Shown here: piece after piece, positions 18,589 through 28,166 of the stretch
Position numbering within the stretch: position 1 is the first letter of the stretch
Layout of the letters: the number at the start of each line of letters is the position of its first letter
IMG/VR virus record: IMGVR_UViG_3300030102_006999
DNA length: 64,000 nucleotides
Reading direction: 5' to 3' (one strand)
Source of the DNA: an uncultured virus (IMG/VR IMGVR_UViG_3300030102_006999)
Taxonomy: Duplodnaviria; Heunggongvirae; Uroviricota; Caudoviricetes
Position numbers and translations under genes: made by a program
Notes under the pieces: generated by a model
What the model was told of the DNA's origin: nothing
What the model saw: only the letters and a program-made list of their open reading frames with translations
The model's database searches: none

Positions 18589-20295
18589 ATGTCTATTCTT
18601 AATAAATTAACTGAAGGCATCGTTCGCAGAGACCTCTCCAAAGAAGGTGCGGCTCTTCTCTCCAAGTGGGAAAAGACCGGACTTCTAGAGGGTCTAAACG
18701 ATGAGCGTACCAAGCATGGTATGGCTTCCCTTCTTGAAAACCAAGCAAAAGAACTTCTTCGCGAAGCTTCTTCAATGCAAACTGGCGATGTCGAAGGCTT
18801 CGCTTCTGTTGCATTCCCTATTGTACGCCGTGTATTCGGTGGCTTGATCGCTAACGATCTTGTTTCTGTCCAACCAATGAGCTTACCATCCGGCCTCATT
18901 TTCTTCTTGGACTTCACTTACACCAATAGCCGTTTGGACTACGCTAGTGAGTCTTCTGTATACGGTGGTGGCGTTGTCGGTTCTCAAATCACTGGCGGTA
19001 TTTCGCTTAGTGATAACGAAGCCGAGCAAAGCTTCTACGCTTTGAACAACGGTTATTCTTCACCAACAGCTTCATTAACCATCACAACTACTGCAACTAT
19101 TAGTGACGGTTTAGTTGGCGGTCTATCATCCGGTGTCGCTGCTGGACTAGAAATCTCCAAAGAAGTAAGGTGGGACGCAGACCTTGCGCTCGATGATGCT
19201 GTAGCGTTTTGTGATATTGACTTGACTTCAACTCAAATGAACGTAAGAGATCTTGTCACAATTACTCTCTTCAACGCCTCCGGAGACCCACTATTGAACC
19301 AAGTTCGTCGTTTAACACGCGAAATTTCTCCAAAGGTCTACCGTGTCTTTGTTTCTCTGCCAAAACCGGCGCTTGCATCAGATGCAGTATCCCAACTTCA
19401 GAGCGCTACCCGCGTTGATTTCGTCATTGATGATAATTTCGCCAACGTTGGAGCAGGTTCTATTGGCGCTGTTGTCGGTGCAACCGAGTGGGGCCTTGAA
19501 GGCGAAGCTGGAATTCCAGAAATCGACATCAAGGTTGATTCTATCGCTGTCACCGCGAAGACCAAGAAGCTTAAAGCTAAGTGGACACCAGAATTGGCTC
19601 AAGACTTGAACGCATACCATAACTTGGATGCCGAAGTTGAGTTGACTTCTATCCTTTCAGAGCACATTGCTCTTGAGCTTGACCAAGAAATCTTGGAAGA
19701 CCTCGTGAAAGGCGCAACTGCTGGTACTTTGTACTGGTCTCGCAATCCGGGCGAATTTGTTAATCGCCAAACTGGTGTGTCAATCACAAGCACCTTTGGA
19801 CCTCCAGACTTCACTGGTAACGTCAGCGAATGGTATGAAACCTTGGCTGAAACAATTAATGACGTGTCTGCACAGATTCACCGCAAGACTCTTCGCGGCG
19901 GCGCAAACTTCATCGTATGTTCACCTGAAGTTGCCAACCTCCTTGAGTTCACCGCTGGATTCCGTGGAGCTGTTACTCACGATGATGATCGTGGGCAGGT
20001 TGGAGCAGTTAAAGTTGGTTCCTTGAGTAAGAAGTTCGACGTTTATGTTGATCCTTACTTCCCAAGAAACGTAGTACTTTGTGGACGTAAAGGCTCTTCT
20101 TTCCTTGAAAGCGGATACGTTTACGCACCATACGTGCCACTCCAGATGACACCTACAATCTTCGGTACCGAGGACTTCGTGCCACGTAAGGGCGTGATGA
20201 CTCGCTATGCGAAGAAGATGGTTCGTCCAGATATGTACGGATTAGTTATCGTTACTAACCTTGCAAATCAACAGACCGCTCCAGCCGGACCATAG
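18589..20295 (+). CDS. Major capsid protein (gp23-like)
   Basis: LLENQ, PIVRRVF, VSVQPMSLPSGLIF, KLKAKWTPELAQDLNAYHNLDAEVELT, YAPYVPL, GVMTRYA. Confidence 0.97.
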   Translation: MSILNKLTEGIVRRDLSKEGAALLSKWEKTGLLEGLNDERTKHGMASLLENQAKELLREASSMQTGDVEGFASVAFPIVRRVFGGLIANDLVSVQPMSLPSGLIFFLDFTYTNSRLDYASESSVYGGGVVGSQITGGISLSDNEAEQSFYALNNGYSSPTASLTITTTATISDGLVGGLSSGVAAGLEISKEVRWDADLALDDAVAFCDIDLTSTQMNVRDLVTITLFNASGDPLLNQVRRLTREISPKVYRVFVSLPKPALASDAVSQLQSATRVDFVIDDNFANVGAGSIGAVVGATEWGLEGEAGIPEIDIKVDSIAVTAKTKKLKAKWTPELAQDLNAYHNLDAEVELTSILSEHIALELDQEILEDLVKGATAGTLYWSRNPGEFVNRQTGVSITSTFGPPDFTGNVSEWYETLAETINDVSAQIHRKTLRGGANFIVCSPEVANLLEFTAGFRGAVTHDDDRGQVGAVKVGSLSKKFDVYVDPYFPRNVVLCGRKGSSFLESGYVYAPYVPLQMTPTIFGTEDFVPRKGVMTRYAKKMVRPDMYGLVIVTNLANQQTAPAGP

Positions 20296-20323
20296 TCTAA
20301 ACTTGGTAAATACTAAAAATAAT

Positions 20324-20355
20324 GCCCTCCCACTTTTTGTGGGGGGGTTTTGTTT
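20324..20355 (+). terminator. Rho-independent terminator after major capsid gene
   Basis: GCCCTCCCAC-TTTTT-GTGGGGGGGT stem followed by TTTGTTT. Confidence 0.75.
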
Positions 20356-20363
20356 ATTTAGAA

Positions 20364-20371
20364 ACTATTTA
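20364..20371 (+). promoter_or_regulatory. Putative late promoter ACTATTTA of the neck/PrkA operon
   Basis: Lies between the terminator and SD AGGAGG of the neck gene. Confidence 0.6.
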
Positions 20372-20390
20372 GCTCTAGGAGGTGCTATTA

Positions 20391-21662
20391 ATGGCTTTAC
20401 CAACACTCACGCCGGCCAGTCAAATGAGCAAATCAATTTTGGCTCCAACCGGTAGCACCGCTGACGTAACTTCCGCTTTACCCTTGGGTGTATATTCGGA
20501 TTCCGCAGCATTCATATCAGGCGCCGCAGCACAGGTCGCCTACACATATCAGAAGCTAGGTGGAGATGTCTTGGACATTGAGCTAAAGACATCGAATGTT
20601 TATGCAAATTATGAAGAGGCATGCCTAGAGTACAGTTATCTTATTAACTTACATCAATCAAAAAACGTTTTATCTGATGTCTTAGGTCAAGCAACAGGGA
20701 CGTTCGATGAAAAAGGGGAATTAATATCTGGCCCAGAGGGCGTTAACTTAAAATTCCCTAGAGTTATGTTCGAGTATGCAAGAAGAGTTAGCGATGGGTT
20801 TTCTTTTGAAGCAGGTGTCGGAGGAACAATACCGATTTATTCTGCATCTTTTGAATTGCACGAAGAACAACAAGATTATGACCTTCAAGCTATTATTTCC
20901 GGCTCATCTGCTACAGGAATAGACCCAGTGGGCGGCGCAAATGCTCCATATGAAGGCGTGGTTGGAGATAAGAGAGTTATCGTCAAAAAGGTTTATTACA
21001 AAACCCCTTCTGCTATGTGGAGATTCTTTGGATATTACGGTGGATTAAATGTAGTAGGAAATTTAAACTATTACGGACAATATACAGACGACTCTACCTT
21101 TGAAGTAATCCCTGTTTGGCAAAACAAGCTTCAAGCCATGGCGTACGAAGACCATCTTTACACAAGATTGTCCCACTACACATTTGAGTTAAGAGACAAC
21201 AAATTAAGAATATTTCCAATACCAGAACTTTTGAGTACATATCGTTATATGTGGGTAGAATTTAGTGTTATCCCTAACAGCTGGGACAATAATGAAAATT
21301 ATGATTCTGGAGTAGATGGAATTAACAATATAAATACTATTCCGTTTGACAATATCCCTTATGAGAATATTAATGCAATAGGCAAGCAATGGATTCGCCG
21401 CTTTGCTTTGGCTCTATCTAAAGAAACTTTAGGGCAGATTCGAGGAAAGTTTCAGACAATTCCGATACCGGGAGAATCCGTAAATCTAAATGCTGATGCT
21501 CTTTTATCTCAAGCAAAAGATGAGCAGGATTCTTTAAGAACAGAACTAAAAGAAATGTTGGATCAGATGACATACACAGAAATGGCAAAATCTGACGCAG
21601 AAAAGTCCGAATCAGTAGCAAATATACAAAAGAAAGTGCCAAACTTAATCTTTCAGGGGTAA
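20391..21662 (+). CDS. Neck/head-completion protein (gp13-like)
   Basis: KLGGDVLDIEL, WIRRFALALSKETLGQIRGKF..IPIPG..VNLN..LLSQA; follows the capsid gene. Confidence 0.75.
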   Translation: MALPTLTPASQMSKSILAPTGSTADVTSALPLGVYSDSAAFISGAAAQVAYTYQKLGGDVLDIELKTSNVYANYEEACLEYSYLINLHQSKNVLSDVLGQATGTFDEKGELISGPEGVNLKFPRVMFEYARRVSDGFSFEAGVGGTIPIYSASFELHEEQQDYDLQAIISGSSATGIDPVGGANAPYEGVVGDKRVIVKKVYYKTPSAMWRFFGYYGGLNVVGNLNYYGQYTDDSTFEVIPVWQNKLQAMAYEDHLYTRLSHYTFELRDNKLRIFPIPELLSTYRYMWVEFSVIPNSWDNNENYDSGVDGINNINTIPFDNIPYENINAIGKQWIRRFALALSKETLGQIRGKFQTIPIPGESVNLNADALLSQAKDEQDSLRTELKEMLDQMTYTEMAKSDAEKSESVANIQKKVPNLIFQG

Positions 21663-21666
21663 ATAA

Positions 21667-22542
21667 ATGTCAAGTGAAAAAGATAAATATGATGGTTATC
21701 GCCCCTACTTTAAGGAAGGTGAGACAAAAGCAGAAACTCCAGAGTTGAAAGAAATCTCCTTGATGCCATCAACCATAGAAACAATTGATATGGCCCTGAA
21801 TGACTGGCTAACTGAAGAGTTAAATATATTTTGTACAACTAATGAAGGCTGGAGAAAAGTTCCGCTTATTTGGTCAATGCCAGAGCGCTCTTTTCAAGTA
21901 AAAAAAGATAAAGACCTTAGAAACAAGAAGGATATTTTCACGTTGCCTGTTATGTCTATAGAAAGAAAGTCTTTAATAAAAGATCCTTCTATGAAAGGTG
22001 TTGCATGGTCTCATTTACCTCAATATAATGATGCTCGCGGCGGAAGAATAGAAGTTGCTAGAATGATAAATCAGAAAAAAACTTCTAATTTTGCTAATGC
22101 ACAAGCTAGAAAGAAATTTGGACAAAACAACTTTCCGTTTAATAATAAAAAAGTCGTATATCAGACAGTATCAATGCCAGTGCCAACATACGTTGTTGCT
22201 AACTACACCTTGATAATACAAACAGAATATCAACAACAAATGAATGAGATTTTTACTCCGTTTATTGTGTATACAGGACAGATAGATAACTTCTTCATAA
22301 AAAGAGACGGTCATAAGTTTGAAGGCTTTATTCAGGGAGACTTTTCTTTAGATAATAATTTATCTAACTTGGGAGAAGAAGAGAGAACATTTAAGACACA
22401 AATTGACCTTAAAATATTGGGATATTTACTAGGAGCAGAAAAGAACGAAGAGCGACCAAAAATAGCAATAAGAGAAAATGCTGTAAAAATAGAGATTCCA
22501 AGAGAAAGGGTTATCTTCGGAGACAAAAAGGATCATGAATAA
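21667..22542 (+). CDS. Tail terminator / sheath stabiliser (gp15-like)
   Basis: KVPLIW..PER, LPVMSIER, P..V..NY.L.I.T.YQQQMNEI; position in the neck cluster. Confidence 0.6.
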   Translation: MSSEKDKYDGYRPYFKEGETKAETPELKEISLMPSTIETIDMALNDWLTEELNIFCTTNEGWRKVPLIWSMPERSFQVKKDKDLRNKKDIFTLPVMSIERKSLIKDPSMKGVAWSHLPQYNDARGGRIEVARMINQKKTSNFANAQARKKFGQNNFPFNNKKVVYQTVSMPVPTYVVANYTLIIQTEYQQQMNEIFTPFIVYTGQIDNFFIKRDGHKFEGFIQGDFSLDNNLSNLGEEERTFKTQIDLKILGYLLGAEKNEERPKIAIRENAVKIEIPRERVIFGDKKDHE

Positions 22543-23402
22543 TGGCTAACGATAACAATAAGTGGTCTAAACCATCTAATCCTCCTCCTCCTTTGTTTTT
22601 GGGAGAAAAAGAGAGAGATTTAGTAAAACAGGTCAACGATGAACTTTTAGAAAGGGTAATAGGTCAACAAATTTTGTATCTTCCGATATCTATGGATAGG
22701 ACAAACTTTCATCCTTTATATGGAGAGGCTATCGAAAAAAGTTTTCTTCCTCCTATAAGAGTACACGCAATGGTGGAATTTGAAGGAATCGCTACCTCTA
22801 CTGATCACTACGGTTTGGACAAAACAATTCCGATAAATGTAAAGTTTCATGAAAGAAGACTACACGAAGATCAGGATTTGTACGTTAGAGAAGGAGACTA
22901 TGTACAGTACGGAGATTCTTTTTTTGAAATAGTTTCGCTTACTGAAGGCAGACAACTTTTTGGTCAAGTGGACCATTTATTTCAGATTGAAGCAAAATGT
23001 ATAAAAACAAGAAAGGGCTTAATAGATATTAATGTTTTACCGCCACTCACACAAGCTGCACTCCATGCCAGCCAATCTTCGACTGAAGACTCCGGAAGCT
23101 CCGGTTCTGGAAGCCCCGGCTCTACAACATCTCCTGTAGAAATTACTGGAGATATTGTCAGAATAGTGTACAGTTTTGTGGCTTCGGGGGATATTAGTCC
23201 CGGAACAGACTTGACATCTATTTTTGGAATCGTCGACGCACTAGATCTAGCCCCTACGGCTGTTTATGATTCTGGTCTTCGTATGAGCTTGACAGACAGT
23301 CCGACCACCGGAGAGTATTATATAGATAGCGGAAATATATATAATACTTTTGAGATATTTTCTGGCAGCAGAATAACACTAGAGGTTTTAACAGTAGTAT
23401 GA
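22542..23402 (+). CDS. Neck protein (gp14-like) with Ser/Gly linker and C-terminal extra domain
   Basis: IGQQILYLP...LYGEA, VREGDYV..GDSFFEI. Confidence 0.65.
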   Translation: MANDNNKWSKPSNPPPPLFLGEKERDLVKQVNDELLERVIGQQILYLPISMDRTNFHPLYGEAIEKSFLPPIRVHAMVEFEGIATSTDHYGLDKTIPINVKFHERRLHEDQDLYVREGDYVQYGDSFFEIVSLTEGRQLFGQVDHLFQIEAKCIKTRKGLIDINVLPPLTQAALHASQSSTEDSGSSGSGSPGSTTSPVEITGDIVRIVYSFVASGDISPGTDLTSIFGIVDALDLAPTAVYDSGLRMSLTDSPTTGEYYIDSGNIYNTFEIFSGSRITLEVLTVV

Positions 23403-24595
23403 GTATTTTTAGAGAACATAAATCTTCAGCAGATAGATCTGCTGCCGATAGAAAACGCCATAAAACAAAAATCGATAAAGCAATCCGAGAAGGTATCAAG
23501 GATGTTATAGCCGATGAGTCTATTATTGGACAAGATGGCAATAAGAAAGTAAAAATACCGGTAAAGGGTATAAAAGAATATCAGTTTGTTTACGGTGAAA
23601 ATGACCAAAACAAAAAAGCCGGCTCCGCCGGCAATAAACAAATAAAAAAAGGCCAAGTCCTTAGAAAAAAAGGACAAAAAGGCAAAGGGAAGCCTCAAAA
23701 GGCCAGCAAAGATGCAGGCGAAGAATACTATGAAGTAGAAGTAACGTTAGAAGAGTTGGCAGAATATCTTTTTGCCGATCTCGAACTCCCAGATTTAGAA
23801 AGAAAAAAGTTTAAATTTATTAAAGATAAAAAGTTAAAGCGTTCTGGATATAGAAAAAAGGGAATGAGAACTAAACTGGCTAAAAAAGAAACGATCAAAA
23901 GAAAAATTAGAAGAAAAAAGAGAGCCCTTGCCGCCGGAACTTGGAATCCTGAATCTGGAGAAAGATTTCCTTTTCATGAAGATGACCTAAAATTTAAGCA
24001 CATGAAAGAAAAAACAGAAAACACCAATTCGGCAGTCATATTCTTCTTGATGGATGTATCTGGTTCGATGGATAAACAAAAGAAGTACTTAGCAAGAAGT
24101 TTTTATTTTATTTTATATCAATTTCTTAAATATAAATATGACAATATAGAAGTAGTGTTTATTTCTCACTCTACAGAGGCAAAAGAGGTTACCGAAAAGG
24201 ATTTTTTTGAAAGAGCTTCAACTGGGGGCACTTTGGCATCTACAGCTTTGGAACTGGAGAAAGAAATAATTAAAAAAAGATTTCACCCTTCTGTGTGGAA
24301 CATATATACTTTCTACTCTGGAGATGGAGAGAACTGGAGTTTTGATAATAAGAAAAGTTTTGACTTATTTTTGTATCTTAAAGAAGTCAGTCAAATGACT
24401 TGTTATGCAGAAATCAATCCAGCGTCTCCTCATGATACTTTTAGAAGCAGTTTATTTTACAATACAGAAAATGACGAAGGAAGCCTTTGGAGAATCTTGC
24501 ATCCTTTGGTTGATACGTCATTTAGGATTATTAAAATTAGCGAAGGTTCACATATTTGGCCCTCGTTTCAAAAAATGTTTGGAGGGGAGAGATGA
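23399..24595 (+). CDS. yeaH: YeaH/YhbH (DUF444) VWA-domain protein
   Basis: DRKRHK..I..AI.....D.IA.ESII, VKIPVKGIKEYQF, LELPDL, MIDAS MDVSGSM, GGT..S, SGDGENW. Confidence 0.9.
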   Translation: MSIFREHKSSADRSAADRKRHKTKIDKAIREGIKDVIADESIIGQDGNKKVKIPVKGIKEYQFVYGENDQNKKAGSAGNKQIKKGQVLRKKGQKGKGKPQKASKDAGEEYYEVEVTLEELAEYLFADLELPDLERKKFKFIKDKKLKRSGYRKKGMRTKLAKKETIKRKIRRKKRALAAGTWNPESGERFPFHEDDLKFKHMKEKTENTNSAVIFFLMDVSGSMDKQKKYLARSFYFILYQFLKYKYDNIEVVFISHSTEAKEVTEKDFFERASTGGTLASTALELEKEIIKKRFHPSVWNIYTFYSGDGENWSFDNKKSFDLFLYLKEVSQMTCYAEINPASPHDTFRSSLFYNTENDEGSLWRILHPLVDTSFRIIKISEGSHIWPSFQKMFGGER

Positions 24596-25899
24596 AAGAC
24601 TGGAGCGTTAAGGAACTTCAAGATTGGGATGAAAAGATTTGCAAAATAGCAAAAGAAAAATACGATCTAGATTGGTTTCCTATTGAATATGAAATTTTAG
24701 ACTATAAAGAAATGATTGGGGCTATGGCGTACACAGGCCTTCCGACTCACTACAGACATTGGTCTTTTGGCAAAGCCTTTGAGCGAACGGCAACTAGATA
24801 TAATTTAGGCATGGAAGGGCTTCCTTATGAAATGATTATTAATAGTAATCCAAGTATAGCATATTTGATGCTAGAAAATCCCATGAGTATACATTTGTTA
24901 ACTATGTCTCATTGCGTTGGTCATTCAGATTTTTTTAAAAACAATAGAATGTTTCAAGACACAGATCCCGACAATGTTTTAAGCAAGTTTAAGTCGGCTT
25001 CCAAAAGAGTCCAGAAATATATTGAAGATCCAAATATTGGAATAGAAAAAGTAGAGAAAATTTTAGATGCTTGTCACTCTATACAATATCAAGTAAGGCG
25101 CACCCCGGGTATGCCAAGGAATGCAAAAAACATCTTCGAAGATAGAGAAAACCGCGTGCAAGACACTTGGGATCGCGAAGATAATCTATTTATGGATGAC
25201 AAAAAAGATTATGATCTTTTAGGTTTTATTCGAAAAAATGCTAGAAACCTTGAAGATTGGGAAAGGGATTTGATAGAGATGGTGGAGAGAAGGTCTAAAT
25301 ATTTTATCCCACAGGCTAAAACTAAAATTATGAATGAAGGCTGGGCAGTCACTATTCATGAGAAGATTATGCACGATTTAGAACTTCCAGACAAGTATCA
25401 AATCGCTTTTCTAAAGTCCCACAATCAAGTTGTGAGGCCTATTGTTGGAAGGATTAATCCTTACCATCTAGGGTACACCATATTTAAGAAAATAGAAGAA
25501 AAATATGGCTTTGAAGAATGCAAGATTGTAAGAGAAGTACATGACGATGAATCTTTTATAAGAAAATATTTAGATCAAGAACTTTGTACAGATTTAAATC
25601 TATTCAGCTATTCTTACCAGCAAAAACAACAAAATTACTCAATTAATGATATTTCTGACAAAGAAGGGTGGAAAAGCGTTAGGAGCGCTCTAATTAGTAA
25701 TGTGGGGTTAAACAGTGTTCCGGTTGTTTGCGTCACAGATTATGACTCAAGGAATAATACTTTGCATATAACACATGAACATGACGGAAGAGACTTAGAT
25801 TTGTCTTACGCTAATAAAGTTTATGATTATATTAGATATCTTTGGGACGACGATGTATTTTTTACCTCTATTATAGAGGGTGAGATTTGGGAATTTTAA
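24592..25899 (+). CDS. spoVR: SpoVR/YcgB family protein
   Basis: GLPTHYRHWSFGK, YEMIINSNPSIAYL, HCVGHSDFFKNN, TKIMNEGWA, NPYHLG. ATG 24592 overlaps the yeaH stop. Confidence 0.92.
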   Translation: MKDWSVKELQDWDEKICKIAKEKYDLDWFPIEYEILDYKEMIGAMAYTGLPTHYRHWSFGKAFERTATRYNLGMEGLPYEMIINSNPSIAYLMLENPMSIHLLTMSHCVGHSDFFKNNRMFQDTDPDNVLSKFKSASKRVQKYIEDPNIGIEKVEKILDACHSIQYQVRRTPGMPRNAKNIFEDRENRVQDTWDREDNLFMDDKKDYDLLGFIRKNARNLEDWERDLIEMVERRSKYFIPQAKTKIMNEGWAVTIHEKIMHDLELPDKYQIAFLKSHNQVVRPIVGRINPYHLGYTIFKKIEEKYGFEECKIVREVHDDESFIRKYLDQELCTDLNLFSYSYQQKQQNYSINDISDKEGWKSVRSALISNVGLNSVPVVCVTDYDSRNNTLHITHEHDGRDLDLSYANKVYDYIRYLWDDDVFFTSIIEGEIWEF

Positions 25900-25900
25900 A

Positions 25901-27835
25901 ATGAAAAAGACTAATAAATTTTTGAAGTTGGTAGAAAGCCATGAGGCTAATAAGAAAAGAGAAAAGTTCTCTGGAACTTTTGCAGAATACCTTGAATTAT
26001 TGGAAGAGGACAAAGGCTTGTCAAAGCTCGCCCATAAGAGACTCTATAAAACTATTTTAGAAAAAGGTATGACAAGAATGACTGAAGACGACAGTCGATG
26101 CAACAACCTGTTCAACGGCGAAGCTGTGAGGACTTATGATTATTTTCAGGATCGCTTTTTCGGCATGGAAAGGCCGCTATCCAAAATTATGAGATATCTT
26201 CATTCTGCATCTATGAAGGGTGAAGAAAGCCGCCAAGTGCTTTTACTCCTTGGCCCTGTTGGTGCCGGTAAGTCTGCTTTGGTAGAGCATATCAAGCGAG
26301 CGCTAGAGGGGTCTGGTGCTCTTTATGCACTTAAAGACTGTCCTATTAACGAAGAACCTATTCATCTCGTCCCTAGGTCTTTGAGAGAAGATTTTATGGA
26401 TATATACGGAGTTAAAATCGAAGGAGACCTTTGTCCGGTATGTCGCCATAGACTATTAGAAGAATATGGTGGCGATTATATGAATTTTCCAGTCGTTGAA
26501 ACTTCCTTTTCTATCCGTGGCCGCAGGGGTGTTGGAGTTGTTCCACCTATGGATGCTAACACACAAGACACAAGTATTCTTATCGGAACAGAAGACATTT
26601 CTAAATTAGATCTTTATCCGGAAGACGACCCAAGAGTATTAAGTCTTAATGGTGCCTTTAACGTAGGAAATCGAGGCATAGTAGAGTTTGTAGAGGTTTT
26701 TAAAAATGAAATCGAGTTCTTGCACACAATGATTACTGCAACGCAGGAGAAGGCCGTTCCAAGCCCGGGAAAAGGTGCTATGATTTACTTCGACGGAGTT
26801 ATTTTAGCACACTGTAATGAAGCAGAATGGAATAAATTTAAATCTGAAAATACAAATGAAGCAATTCTTGACAGGATTGTAAGAGTGAATGTTCCTTATT
26901 GTCTTGAGGTCGGTGAAGAACAGAAGATTTATAACAAATTGCTGAATGAGTCTGATTTTGACGCTCATATTGCGCCTCACACTCTAGAAGTTGCTGCTAT
27001 GTTCTCTGTATTGACTCGCTTAAAAGAGTCAAACAAAGTAGATCCTCTGACAAAAATGAAGATTTACAATGGTGAAGAGATTGTAGAAAAAGGTTATATC
27101 AAGAAGGTCGATATCAATGATCTCCGAGATGAAGCTCGCGATGAAGGCATGACCGGAATCTCTACGAGATTTATTATGAAAGCTATCGACGCAGCTTTGG
27201 CCGACTCCGACAGAAATATGGTCACCCCAATCTCGATTAGGGATGCTTTGATTAAACAAGTCAAAGAGCAAGTTGTTGAAGACAGCAAAAGAGAAAGATA
27301 TTTATCATTCTTGCAGAAAGACCTTCACGACGAATATCTAAAGATCTTGGAAAAGGAAATTACAAAAGCATTTGTTTCGGCTTACCAAGAACAAGCAGAG
27401 TCTTTGTTTAACAACTATCTTGACCATGCAGAAGCTTATGTCAATAGTACAAAGGTTAAAGATAACGTGACCGGCGAGGAAATGATGGCAGACGAAGGTT
27501 TCATGTGCTCTATCGAAGAGCAAATCGGCATTGTTGGATCAGCAAGAGAAAACTTCAGGGCCGATATTACAGCTTATATGTTTGCCAAGTTAAGAAGAAA
27601 AGAAACAATTGACTGGGCATCTTACGGTCCTTTAAAAGAAGCTATTGAGAATAAGCTGCTGGATTCTGTAAGAGATATCTCCAGAATCGTAACTAAGTCT
27701 AAATCAAGAGACAAAAAGCAACAGCAGAAGTATGGTGAAATGGTGCAGACCTTGATTGACGATTACGGATATAATGAAGATTCTGCAAACGAGATTATCA
27801 AGTATGCTTCCAATAATCTCTGGCGCGATAGCTAA
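25901..27835 (+). CDS. prkA: PrkA/YeaG family AAA+ ATPase (annotated Ser kinase family)
   Basis: LLGPVGAGKS Walker A, NRGIVEFVEVFK, ILAHCNEAEW, EAILDRIVRVNVPYCL, APHTLE, EGMTGISTRF, YGY...A. Confidence 0.94.
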   Translation: MKKTNKFLKLVESHEANKKREKFSGTFAEYLELLEEDKGLSKLAHKRLYKTILEKGMTRMTEDDSRCNNLFNGEAVRTYDYFQDRFFGMERPLSKIMRYLHSASMKGEESRQVLLLLGPVGAGKSALVEHIKRALEGSGALYALKDCPINEEPIHLVPRSLREDFMDIYGVKIEGDLCPVCRHRLLEEYGGDYMNFPVVETSFSIRGRRGVGVVPPMDANTQDTSILIGTEDISKLDLYPEDDPRVLSLNGAFNVGNRGIVEFVEVFKNEIEFLHTMITATQEKAVPSPGKGAMIYFDGVILAHCNEAEWNKFKSENTNEAILDRIVRVNVPYCLEVGEEQKIYNKLLNESDFDAHIAPHTLEVAAMFSVLTRLKESNKVDPLTKMKIYNGEEIVEKGYIKKVDINDLRDEARDEGMTGISTRFIMKAIDAALADSDRNMVTPISIRDALIKQVKEQVVEDSKRERYLSFLQKDLHDEYLKILEKEITKAFVSAYQEQAESLFNNYLDHAEAYVNSTKVKDNVTGEEMMADEGFMCSIEEQIGIVGSARENFRADITAYMFAKLRRKETIDWASYGPLKEAIENKLLDSVRDISRIVTKSKSRDKKQQQKYGEMVQTLIDDYGYNEDSANEIIKYASNNLWRDS

Positions 27836-27863
27836 ATAAATAAAAAATAAAGTTTTAAAATTA

Positions 27864-27899
27864 AAGCCTTGAGTTTTCACGCTCAAGGCTATTTTTTTT
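27864..27899 (+). terminator. Rho-independent terminator after prkA
   Basis: AGCCTTGAG...CTCAAGGCT stem followed by ATTTTTTTT. Confidence 0.8.
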
Positions 27900-28115
27900 G
27901 CCTAATTCCATACTTTATTTTACTTTTGGATTTTGGCGATATACCTATAGAGAACAAGTCTACCCTTAGACTCTGTTCTCGTTTTTTTATAAAAAAGCGA
28001 TTATAAAAAAGGCTCTTTTTGAATGAATTTTTCACCTAACGGTCGGCAATTGAGAATGATGAAAAAAAGACCTAATATTTTATATTATTTCAATAATAAC
28101 AAAGGAGAATTTAAT

Positions 28116-28166
28116 ATGAAAAAAACAACAAATAAAAAGGAGGGCTTAAAACATGGCATGGAATAA
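28116..28166 (+). CDS. 16-aa upstream ORF MKKTTNKKEGLKHGME (possible leader peptide)
   Basis: SD AAGGAG at 28102-28107, ATG 28116, TAA 28164-28166; overlaps the start of the next gene out of frame. Confidence 0.3.
   Translation: MKKTTNKKEGLKHGME

Noticed and set aside
27836..28152. tRNA or known riboswitch in the largest intergenic gap
   Set aside because: No cloverleaf, TTCGA T-loop or recognisable riboswitch consensus by eye; a covariance search was not possible.
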